DNA of 62,969 nt, counting the filler, from Asterionella formosa (taxonomy: Eukaryota), in assembly GCA_002256025.1 (NCBI GenBank). It is 26 parts of 26 records of this genome, joined end to end, with 100 filler letters (N's around TTAATTAATTAA, not from the genome) between each part and the next. Parts side by side here need not be neighbours in the genome. Positions count along the whole stretch, not along the records: positions 25,678 to 26,753 come from NKIB01004502.1; positions 26,854 to 27,929 come from NKIB01004503.1; positions 28,030 to 45,354 come from NKIB01004504.1; 23 more parts are not named here. One strand, written 5' to 3'. Made by a program: the position numbers and the translations under genes. A model generated the notes under the pieces. The model made no database searches and was not told the DNA's origin. It saw nothing but the letters and a program-made list of their open reading frames with translations. How positions within the stretch are numbered: position 1 is the first letter of the stretch; every line of letters starts with the position of its first letter. Below are positions 25,578 to 34,825 of the stretch, piece by piece.

Positions 25578-25677
25578 NNNNNNNNNNNNNNNNNNNNNNN
25601 NNNNNNNNNNNNNNNNNNNNNTTAATTAATTAANNNNNNNNNNNNNNNNNNNNNNNNNNNNNNNNNNNNNNNNNNNN

Positions 25678-25976
25678 TTGCCTTCCAGTGGCATACCGGT
25701 AGTAGGACTGAAGCGCGTCCAGAAAGATACGCTCCTTTTCGGCTACTGTGAGACGAATGAGTTCCCCACTTTCCGGATCGACGACACAGTATTCCTCGTC
25801 AGGAATGCATTCTTCTTCCTGCAAGTTACCGGTAGTCTCAAAGAATCGTCCAGACTTGGCGTCGTAAGCGATTTCTCTCGTTCCGCTCGTAATGGTGATC
25901 TTTTCGTCGCTTCCTTCTTCGGCCATTAAAAGTGGACCAGCAACGGCCACACGACCAGCTGTTGTCGTTGTCTTCC
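25678..25976 (-). pseudogene. PGRL1: PGRL1-like (PGR5-like protein 1) gene fragment, 5'-truncated at a repeat junction, with two apparent in-frame 6-bp insertions
   Basis: CIPDEEYCVVD..LIRLTVAEKERIFLDALQSYY resembles the PGRL1 N-terminal region. TACCGGTA at 25694 and 25827. No signal peptide upstream of the TTAA at 25977. Confidence 0.65.
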
Positions 25977-25999
25977 TTAAAGTTCGATGATCTTAAATT

Positions 26000-26460
26000 C
26001 ATTTACCGGTACCGGTACCGGTACTGTCCCGCTGTAGTAGCAGCAGTCATAGACATACCGGTATGGTGTTCTATTGCTTGCTTATTACCGGTACCGCTTT
26101 TCAGTTTCACGATCATACAATCCTAAAACTAGCTACCGTATGATGATTTACTATGGTGTGATATTGCTTGCTTATTACTCCGACTACCACTTTTCAGATT
26201 TACGATCATACGATCCTAAAACTATGATGATTTAATGTCCCACTAAATTTGCAACAGTCATGAAAATATGGTATTTTATTTGTTTTTAGTTTTTCGATCA
26301 TACGATCCTAAAACTATGATGATTTACTGTCCCACTAAATTTGCAACAGTCATGAAAATATGGTGTTTTATTTGTTTTTAGTTTTTCGATCATACGATCC
26401 TAAAACTATGATGATTTACTGTCCCACTGCAGTAGCAACAGTCCTGAACATATGGTGTTC
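26000..26460 (+). repeat. Tandem repeat, ~92-bp unit, about 5 copies (first two degenerate)
   Basis: gatcatac(g/a)atcctaaaact recurs at 26111, 26204, 26296 and 26388. Confidence 0.9.
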
Positions 26461-26461
26461 T

Positions 26462-26652
26462 GTACCTGGTACCTGGTACCAGTAAAGTACCTGGTACCTG
26501 GTACCAGTAAATTACCTGGTACCTGGTACCTGGTACCCGAATACCGGTTGCGTACCTGTAGGTAAAACCGTCCTTCCCCGGTTAGCCAACCCAGCAGCTG
26601 CAGCAGCAGCAGCTGCAGTACCAGGTACCAGGTACCAGGTACCAGGTACCAG
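26462..26652. repeat. (TACCTGG)n and inverted (TACCAGG)n heptamer arrays flanking a CAG run
   Basis: Read directly at 26462-26537 and 26618-26652. Confidence 0.9.
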
Positions 26653-26855
26653 CAGCAGACAATGGTGGACTCGGAGTACCGGTAAGTTGTTGGTCGTCAA
26701 GGGACGAATTCCCCTGAATTCGCTCTTAACTCTTTTTTGCACAACATTCGCACNNNNNNNNNNNNNNNNNNNNNNNNNNNNNNNNNNNNNNNNNNNNTTA
26801 ATTAATTAANNNNNNNNNNNNNNNNNNNNNNNNNNNNNNNNNNNNNNNNNNNNGC

Positions 26856-27137
26856 CTTCACATTGAAGGAACCAAGAAAGAAGTTACCAATCAAAAGAAG
26901 GAAGATATTGATCGTTTCGGACCTGCAAAGTGGGACAAATATGCTGACTTTGGAGATGAATTCGATGGAGGTGATGGCCATTTGGGTGTGGCTGGAGATG
27001 GTAAGAAAGGTCTCGAGAAGTTTGGAAGTGACGTGTCCCCTTCCTTCGCGAAGTCCAAGACGATGAGTGCCAAGAACGCATGGGGTACCTCGACGGGATA
27101 CGCTTCTAACTTGATTGAAAAAGGAGTAGAAGTAGCG
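26856..27137 (+). pseudogene. Fragment of a protein-coding gene (DFGDEFDGGDGHLGVAGDG...NAWGTSTGYA) abutting a retrotransposon 3' region
   Basis: Open frame from the contig start with protein-like composition. It appears to pass into unrelated sequence near 27137. Confidence 0.45.
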
Positions 27138-27696
27138 ACTAATTCTCCTATCAAACAGGCGATGGGGAGAATACTGAACCTAATGTTGCAATTAGCGCTA
27201 TCGAAGGGTACCACATAAAAGAAGTAATCACAAAGCAATATCCAACATAACTTGTTGGATGGGAAAAACTCGACATATTCCAGACAAGGATTACCCACTC
27301 AAGGATGACCAAAATACACGCTGGTCCTACAGGCCGCTAGTACCAGGCGCCTGCATGTCACAAGACAGACCTCGCAGGAATACACCTAACGGTTTCCCCG
27401 TTGAGCATACGCTTGAGACACCCTGACGTATACCCAGAATTTACCAGTCCCCCCACGGTGGTAACCATGCCAGATGCCACCGTGAAAACGCTTCTCCATT
27501 GCAACAATAACGACCGGTTCTGCCAGTGATCTTCATCACTCAGTCCATTTTGGGCTGTACCATGTATTCCGATTCGCAACCCACTGTCTTCCTATTCCGT
27601 TTTGGAAAAGAACAGTAGTCATTGAACCTTGTTCTGTATCAAACATCACTTAATATCGCTCTCAAGCAATGTCCTAATAGATATAACAGAAACAAT

Positions 27697-27929
27697 TTAA
27701 TATAAAACACTCCTGGCAAAATGATAAAACGGCACCCCAGTGAGTATTTTCGTTAGACCATCAGAGCAGTTAGCCTTACCAGGTTCATGTGCAACACGCG
27801 CTGATCCGCATGCACAAGCCTCACGACACTTGTGATAAGCAATCGCATTATGCCTTTTATTTAACGTTGACTCAGGCCTAGTCACATTCTTTACCACACT
27901 TGCGTTGTCTCCAAACACATTTGCGGCAC
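27697..27929 (-). mobile_element. Copia/CoDi-like pol C-terminus (RNase H end), probably followed by a PPT and 3' LTR toward ~27140
   Basis: FGDNASVV..PESTLNKRHNAIAYHKCREACA..NCSDGLTK. Confidence 0.9.
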
Positions 27930-28029
27930 NNNNNNNNNNNNNNNNNNNNNNNNNNNNNNNNNNNNNNNNNNNNTTAATTAATTAANNNNNNNNNNNNNNN
28001 NNNNNNNNNNNNNNNNNNNNNNNNNNNNN

Positions 28030-28603
28030 TAATTTAAATATCTCCCTGGCTTCTTCAAGGTAATTGTTGTCTGTCCATCCTGACTTAGCAATGGACGTAA
28101 CCTGTGAATAGAGGGCGCAAAACTTTGTCACATCTTGATTGATTGTTCCCCATCGAGCAGTGCACACTGTTGAGGTGTGATCCTTCCCATCTGGGATAAG
28201 CTCAACATAAATCTCGAATACCCTGCTCCAAAACTTGCTTGCTTTCTGACCAGTCCCAGTGATTGCATCTTCACTTGCAGTTACCCAGGCCCGAGAGAGT
28301 GCTTCGTCGCCTTCCTTCTCCCACATGACACCGGAACCCATCCTGACAATGATGATTGCTGTTTTATGACATTGACTCAATATGATCATGTACACACCGC
28401 ACCAAGATCACATTGGCCTATAGAGTTCTACATGAAGAGACTATAGTGAATATACATCCTCGATCAAGACTAAAGCATATTTGGTCTTGGTTGATGCGGT
28501 GGCTAAAATATTTTTGCTTTTTCGACCAACAAAACGCATCATGACGTGTAATGACCCGCAACTTCAATTGGCTTGGTATTTGGTCGATGCGGTGGTGATG
28601 CTC
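28030..28603 (-). mobile_element. PIF/Harbinger-like element (family A) with Myb/SANT-like ORF2
   Basis: End at 28603 followed by TAA, homologous to 23794. The ORF WEKEGDEALSRAWVTASEDAITGTGQKASKFWSRV..RWGTINQDVTKF..SGW is typical of Harbinger Myb-like proteins. Confidence 0.85.
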
Positions 28604-28716
28604 TAATACTAGTACCTGGTACCCTGGTACCAGGAAGTCAGGGCACATAGAGAAAAATTGTAACAATTTAATTTTAATATGTTCAATTACATCTATAAAA
28701 CTGATTCACTTTACAC

Positions 28717-31449
28717 CTAGAACGGCGAGAGACCTTTGGATCCCGAGGTACGATCCTTAAACTCAAGCTTAGATACTCTGTCACTTTCCGCTCGAATGCA
28801 ACGAAATAGCTTCACAGCACGCTCATCCGCATCTCTCTTGCCTTCGAAAAATGTCGTTTTGATCTGAACTGTATTCATGCGCATGATAGTCCGCCCATCG
28901 ACACGACAAGGAAAAACAAAATCCTCGTCAATACATTTCTTCTTCTTCAGGAAATCGGCAACCTGTTTTCGATCCCATTGCTTGGGAGCGCATAAACCTT
29001 TCACTGGTGCTTTTGATGGGACGACAATAGCATGCTTCAATTCTGTGCTACCATCTGCTCCAACAAACCCTGCCAAGGTTTTAAGCGTTTCCAAGGTGTG
29101 TTCTGTATCAGTAGCATTAGGGGCAACTGTGGCAATTACACACAATTGAGAATTTTCGCTCTCAAATGGAATACGAAGGATGCGAGTCAAATTACTGGAA
29201 CGGTATGGTATGTGAACAGCCGCAGTGCCACTGCCGGATGCTCGAGCGCGAATGCACTCTTTTAATGCCCAGAGACTGGCGTTGATCTCTGAGCTCTCCA
29301 GTTGCCGTTCACGAGAGTGATATAGACTATCATTCTTTCGTTCACTTCCAGCAAGATCCAGCAAGGTCAACATTCCAACTAATGAGTTGATATGAATTGA
29401 GATTTGGCAAACAGCATGTGAGCGACTAGAAACTCCATTGCGATCCGTTGCTTCAGTCGTGCGTCGTTGCTTGCCTCTGGCAATGAGCTGCGAGAGTTCC
29501 GCTGGGTTTGAAACATAAACAGTTGCAGCATTAACAAGACGTATTGATCCATCCACTTGATCCACCACCTTGACCTGTCCTTCCTCCAACAAATCGGAGC
29601 ATAGCTTTCCTTTCAACTCTATAAATTGAACCGACACTTCCGCCCTTGCTGGTATGCTTTGAAATAGATCATTGCAGACACGCTCTTCAATTCCAGTCAT
29701 GGTGAAGCTTTTGCCTGACCCAGTCTGACCGTACATTAGGATGGTAGCATCACCTCCCTGTGCTGCACGATTTACTAAAGGTCGTGCAACAAGATGATAC
29801 AATTCTTCATTAGAGCATTCTTCGTCAAAGGCAGCTGAACAAGGAAACGATACTGATTGGATCTGCTGCTGATGCATATCTGCGTGCATTTGACAAACGT
29901 GAACAACCACTATGTCGTGGTCCTCCTTGGCTTCCGGAAACAATACATCAAAATCACCACGATCCAACTCGTAATCAAAAATAGGACGCTTTCTTACAAA
30001 AATTGACACTCCGTTCTTTCCAAAACCACCACGCAGGTGCAGATTCTCATTCAAGTAATGATTGGGCCTAGACGAAGCATGCTGAATGCGGCTTGAAGCT
30101 ATACTAGCTTTGAAGTCATCTGCATGCTGTAATCGGGCAGTTTTCTTGTCCAAGTTTCGTCGCGTGTTGGTATTATCGCTGGCTGCGCTGGAGGAGGCCC
30201 GCTGCTCTAGCTCTCTCTCTATAGCAAGGGGAGTTTCAAAAGTTCTTGTAATTCGAGAAGGATTTTTCACCTGATTGGGGGAAGACCATCTACGTTCTAT
30301 CGGTGTCGTGATTTGCGGGGATGAAAGTGGAGCTGGTGGGACAGGTTCAATTGCTTCTGGAGGTGTTTGCTGCACCACTGTCTTCACAAGGGGCTTTTTC
30401 AATGCCGACAACAATTCCGTTCCTGGGCTACCAAAAGGATTCTTTCTAAAGGCTGGAACTGAAGTTGTTGTTTCTTCCGACTCTACCTTCAAAGTTTCAC
30501 CCTTGATATTGGGAGCATCAGGACTGATCATGCCAACAAGCATGGCGACGCCGCGACTATTTTCTCGCAGCTTTGCATTGCGAAACGACATTGCTTTGCT
30601 TGCCGTTTTGTTAGGTTTTGGTGCGTCTTGCTTCGGTTTGGTCTCCCAACTGTATTTTCTGGCGACGGAAGCAGCAAGTTCTAGCTTCTTTTGTTCTGCC
30701 TCCTCAACCGTTTTCTGTTCCAACGCTTCAATGTTTTTTAGTTTGATATTCGACCTGACTAATTTAATTTTTGAAAGACTGGTATTCGAGATGACGGTAG
30801 AAATTGGAATAAAGTCCTTCTTTGATGTAGTTAGTTCTGTCGTGGCCACCAGAGGTTCTTCTGACTTCTGGTTTCCCTCATGAAAATGGTTATCCACTAA
30901 TGTAGTTGGTTTCATCATGGCTGCCGAGGACAGTTCTGGTGTCTGGCATTCACCTGGCAAAATCATCTCCATTAGTTTGGAAGGCTTCCTTTCAACTGTT
31001 GGGTTGGTGAGAGGTTCCCCAGATGGACTCAAGGCATATTTGGAAGGCTTCTTTTCAAATGTTGCGTTGTTTGGAGTTCCACCTGATGGACTGAAGGCAT
31101 ATGCAGATCCTCGATTTCCCAGTAAGTGTCCTTTCTTGGCCAGATATTCACGTCGGCCCCCTGGAGATGGAGTTGATAAGGGTTTCGGGGTCGTCGCCAA
31201 CGGGGTCCCAACATTAATGCCTGTTATTGCTCGTAAATTCGTCCTACTAGTTACACGCAAGATTGTGCTGTCACCAGTGGGTCTCTTTCCTTGTTGCTTC
31301 CCCTTCTTCAGGATAGAAGCAGCATGGCACGATTGCAACTCCTTCCATGTCATTTCCTTCTTTGGCGTGTTTCCGCTGGTTGCCCCATTCGTTGGCGTGC
31401 CGAGCTCGGCATTTTCCGAAGGTCCCTCAAACCTTTCCTGCTGCATCAT
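28717..31449 (-). CDS. Kinesin-13-like motor protein with long disordered N-terminus and a SAM-like C-terminal domain
   Basis: VRKRPI, P-loop YGQTGSGKSFT, switch I NGVSSRSH, switch II DLAGSER, EINASLWALKECIRA, HIPYRSSNLT. Start taken at MMQQ. Confidence 0.92.
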   Translation of the reverse strand: MMQQERFEGPSENAELGTPTNGATSGNTPKKEMTWKELQSCHAASILKKGKQQGKRPTGDSTILRVTSRTNLRAITGINVGTPLATTPKPLSTPSPGGRREYLAKKGHLLGNRGSAYAFSPSGGTPNNATFEKKPSKYALSPSGEPLTNPTVERKPSKLMEMILPGECQTPELSSAAMMKPTTLVDNHFHEGNQKSEEPLVATTELTTSKKDFIPISTVISNTSLSKIKLVRSNIKLKNIEALEQKTVEEAEQKKLELAASVARKYSWETKPKQDAPKPNKTASKAMSFRNAKLRENSRGVAMLVGMISPDAPNIKGETLKVESEETTTSVPAFRKNPFGSPGTELLSALKKPLVKTVVQQTPPEAIEPVPPAPLSSPQITTPIERRWSSPNQVKNPSRITRTFETPLAIERELEQRASSSAASDNTNTRRNLDKKTARLQHADDFKASIASSRIQHASSRPNHYLNENLHLRGGFGKNGVSIFVRKRPIFDYELDRGDFDVLFPEAKEDHDIVVVHVCQMHADMHQQQIQSVSFPCSAAFDEECSNEELYHLVARPLVNRAAQGGDATILMYGQTGSGKSFTMTGIEERVCNDLFQSIPARAEVSVQFIELKGKLCSDLLEEGQVKVVDQVDGSIRLVNAATVYVSNPAELSQLIARGKQRRTTEATDRNGVSSRSHAVCQISIHINSLVGMLTLLDLAGSERKNDSLYHSRERQLESSEINASLWALKECIRARASGSGTAAVHIPYRSSNLTRILRIPFESENSQLCVIATVAPNATDTEHTLETLKTLAGFVGADGSTELKHAIVVPSKAPVKGLCAPKQWDRKQVADFLKKKKCIDEDFVFPCRVDGRTIMRMNTVQIKTTFFEGKRDADERAVKLFRCIRAESDRVSKLEFKDRTSGSKGLSPF

Positions 31450-32090
31450 GATGGATTTACCAAAAAGAATCGCGATCGAACAAATGAAAGAGGGACATAT
31501 AATGTGGTAATGCACAACGGATATCCGTTCTTTGTTTTGTTTTTGTGGGTGACTGTTGGTTCAATGATATTTTTCGCCAACAACGACAGCTCGGCTTCCT
31601 CGTGTTCGTCATGAACCGAAAAATGTACAGGCAAGCCTGGCGAGGGTCAAGAATTTGAACGGGGAACTTAACCTTCCATGAGCATACGTATGATGGTTTT
31701 GCATGATCTATATAGCTAACGCGCAAACCATGGCCGATAGACACAAGCGATGGTAGATTACCGGTATGTACAAGAATTATTTTATGTATGCGCATGAGTG
31801 GATGAGCGATGTACGTATATATGTATATATAATGCCGGTGCTTTCCGTTAGGATAGAGCGACGATGACCGCGCCATCATTTGTCTTGGCTCGTTTGAACG
31901 GTCTGTTTACAGCCAACCAGGTTACCGGGTACTGGTACTGGTACCAGTAAAAAACCGCTGGTACCATGTAGACTTTGAAGGAACATAGGGAAACCTTCTG
32001 TTGGTTGGTCGATACAGTCTTTGCATCCTTGAAGTGCATTGATTTTGCCGGTAAACTCTTGTGCCTCAAGTGGGAGGACATGCTGGTGAT

Positions 32091-32288
32091 GCTTTTTCTT
32101 TCTTGCTTGCAGGCCTCCTTTTTCTTCACATTCTTTTTGACTACTAGCAGTAGGTCAAGGTCAAGCACAGATCTGGTTGGGTTTCTAATGTTGTTCATTA
32201 CATTCCAAGTACTAGCGAGGCATAATGGCATGAAATAGGACAATGCCTTCTTGTAACATTCAAATGAAGAGGAACTCCGTTTGGCCAT
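32091..32288 (-). pseudogene. Crypton-like tyrosine recombinase remnant
   Basis: RSSSSFECYKKALSYFMP..WN....NPTRS....VKKKE..KQ resembles the N-terminal region of stramenopile Crypton recombinases. No catalytic domain remains. Confidence 0.55.
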
Positions 32289-32447
32289 ACATCTTCACAG
32301 CCATACATTTGTATGTATCTTCAGACTTGATATCTGCAAGCTACTGTAGACTTATCGCATTGTTCTTATCATATTCTATCACATCTTTGTAGGCCATCAT
32401 GGCAAATATAAGCCTCCTGTATCAAGCGCATTGCAAAGGTTGGTCTT

Positions 32448-32593
32448 GTGTTAGAAAATTGACACCGCTCAAGCTTGGTTTCTTGATGTATCACATGATT
32501 GCCTTCAACTATAAAAAGACAATCTTGGCTGTGTTAGAAAATTGACACCACTCACACTTGGTTTCTTGAGGATGCATCACATGATTGCCTTCA
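32448..32593 (+). repeat. Imperfect ~60-bp direct duplication
   Basis: tgtgttagaaaattgacacc..cttggtttcttga..atcacatgattgccttca occurs twice. Confidence 0.8.
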
Positions 32594-32950
32594 GCGAACA
32601 CTATCTTGTTTTATGGTTGAAAACTCAGCATGCTTGGGAATGTTCTTGAGACAATCCTTGAATGATTATTGACTGTCGAAGTAAATCATAACCAAGTGAA
32701 GGGATTGGTCAGCATCTTTCATTATGTGATTCAATTCAAACATTTGCTGCCAGTCACTAAGCTATACAATGCAGAACTTCGGATGGTATGCGGAGTCTAT
32801 TGGGACATCATTTAGTTTCTCCTGACTTTGTCACTTCTGCAAATTAACTATTGTCCCTTTAATTTATAACACTTTGTACAAGTCATGACTACGACATACC
32901 AGTATGCTTTTTGCACTGTGTTGACCATTAGCAGGAGTTATCTTCATATC

Positions 32951-34219
32951 CTATTGATGCAAGGTATAATTTCCTAGAAAAAATTTTGACACAAATGCTG
33001 CAGAGCCTGGGTTAGAAAGTAATGTACCTCCAAATTCGCTAAAAGAGCTTCCTTGGGTTTTCACTGTGGAGTTGGCTCGAGCAAGGAGGAAGATATCAAC
33101 CCACACATTCAGAATACCTTCCAGATCATTCGATGATATTCTAGATACATCAGTATGAACAATTTTTGTGTTGGCGTATTTGACAAATGGATCCATGGCA
33201 GATGCAGCAAGGCGAATGTTGTCTTTGTCTGTTATCAATACAACAGGAGTTGATTGTGTAAACCATAGTTTTTTCATCTTGTTGGCACAGGATAAAAATT
33301 CCTGTATTTCTCCACGAAAATAATTATTTGTATTATTTTGTCCACGAAATTGCCCATCTCCTGTCCGAATATGCACTGCAACGAAAGTGCTATCCCATGA
33401 AAGAGAAAGCTGCTCACTCACTTCCGACATGCGAGTGACGAGAATCTTAGTAGGCTTGTACAATGCAAAAAACAACCACTTGTAAATATCATGTTGGAAA
33501 TTCTTTTGAGTAATGTTGTATTTGGACATAAACATTTGCATTTCGTCTTTCCTCCAAAGACCCTTAAAGTTTGGTGGACTATTTGCTTTGATATAAAGGA
33601 GTTGACTGGAGATGTTGGGCATGAATCGAGAAGGAAAGTTTAGCACAGGTGGTTTTATATTGCGAACATCCATAAATGATAACTTCATTCGTAATTTATT
33701 TAGCTTCAAAGACTTCTGGTCAGGAATAGCGTAGTTCCATTCCAGTAAGTGCGGGCTGAGGATTTTATCGAGGCGTACAGGACGGTCAATGTCAATGAGA
33801 AAGACGCGCCTGGTCAGAATGGACACCATTAGAGCTGCAAGGATCGCTCGTTGCTGGTTTGCTGTGCCGGAACAATTTGACCTGTCCCGTGATTTGCAAT
33901 AAAAAACCATGTAGTTGTTCTTATCCTTAACATTGCTGCCTTTGGCTTTCCTTGCTTGTGCGAGTGAGTTCCTATGAAATGAGATGTATTCTTCCAACCA
34001 TTTCGGCACCTCGGTGTCAATACTCGGTGCAACAACGCGCCACGGATGCGAAAGATCTTCAATTTCTGCCGCAGCTTGATTGTCCACAACCGGGGATTCA
34101 TATTTTGGCATTCGGAGAGCTAGCAAAACGTTTCCCGTCGCGAGACAGAACGAGGCGACACTTATTACTTTTAGTAATGGCAATATGCGAAGACAGTGCT
34201 TTCGCTTGTTTGTTGTCAT
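32951..34219 (-). CDS. Fucosyltransferase-like glycosyltransferase (GT-B fold, type II membrane)
   Basis: N-terminal TM, motif I VAVHIRTGD, motif II LITD, motif III DIFLLARA..SSFS. Start uncertain (34219 or 34282). Confidence 0.7.
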   Translation of the reverse strand: MTTNKRKHCLRILPLLKVISVASFCLATGNVLLALRMPKYESPVVDNQAAAEIEDLSHPWRVVAPSIDTEVPKWLEEYISFHRNSLAQARKAKGSNVKDKNNYMVFYCKSRDRSNCSGTANQQRAILAALMVSILTRRVFLIDIDRPVRLDKILSPHLLEWNYAIPDQKSLKLNKLRMKLSFMDVRNIKPPVLNFPSRFMPNISSQLLYIKANSPPNFKGLWRKDEMQMFMSKYNITQKNFQHDIYKWLFFALYKPTKILVTRMSEVSEQLSLSWDSTFVAVHIRTGDGQFRGQNNTNNYFRGEIQEFLSCANKMKKLWFTQSTPVVLITDKDNIRLAASAMDPFVKYANTKIVHTDVSRISSNDLEGILNVWVDIFLLARANSTVKTQGSSFSEFGGTLLSNPGSAAFVSKFFLGNYTLHQ

Positions 34220-34825
34220 AATCAATCCCAAGGAAAAGAGAAAGACTGAGAGTGAAGCTTGATTCAGAGAAAGGACAAGCATCGGTGGAAGTGTACATTG
34301 ATATATTACTCACTCCGTTTTCAAATTTTGTTTGATCTTCGCAGAGGCATGAAAGATTACCATGTTACCGGTACATGCATACCGGTATCATTTCTTTTTG
34401 TCATACATTTATGTGTATGGATGTGGCTGTGTGGTATCATATGATGTGCGTCTGCATCCACGACACGGTCGTCTTTGATTGAAAGTACCTGGTACCAGGG
34501 TACCAGGGTAACGGTATGAACTTCGAACTATGAAATATATATGAAAGAAACGTGCTACCGGTAGCCTAAAGGTAGACTAGATAGTACCAAGGGGTACCAG
34601 GTACAGTAATGAGCAATAACAGTGCATCGTGCATAGATCAGAACCTACATAGACAACATCTACATACCGGTAGTTTTGGGAGTAAATTATATTGTCGTAC
34701 GGACCGCACATCATTTGAAAAATTGTACTCCCACGTACGACCGTCAGCGAATCAATCATACATGCCTTCTGGCTTTCATTGAATGTCAAATTGAAAACAT
34801 ACATTGCGCTGCAGTAACCAAGGTT

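Noticed and set aside
26000..26460. CRISPR-like array
   Set aside because: Whole 92-bp units repeat head to tail; no repeat-spacer structure.
26512..26742. ORF with PGTWYLVPGT and poly-Ala
   Set aside because: Translation of GGTACCW and CAG repeats, not a real protein.
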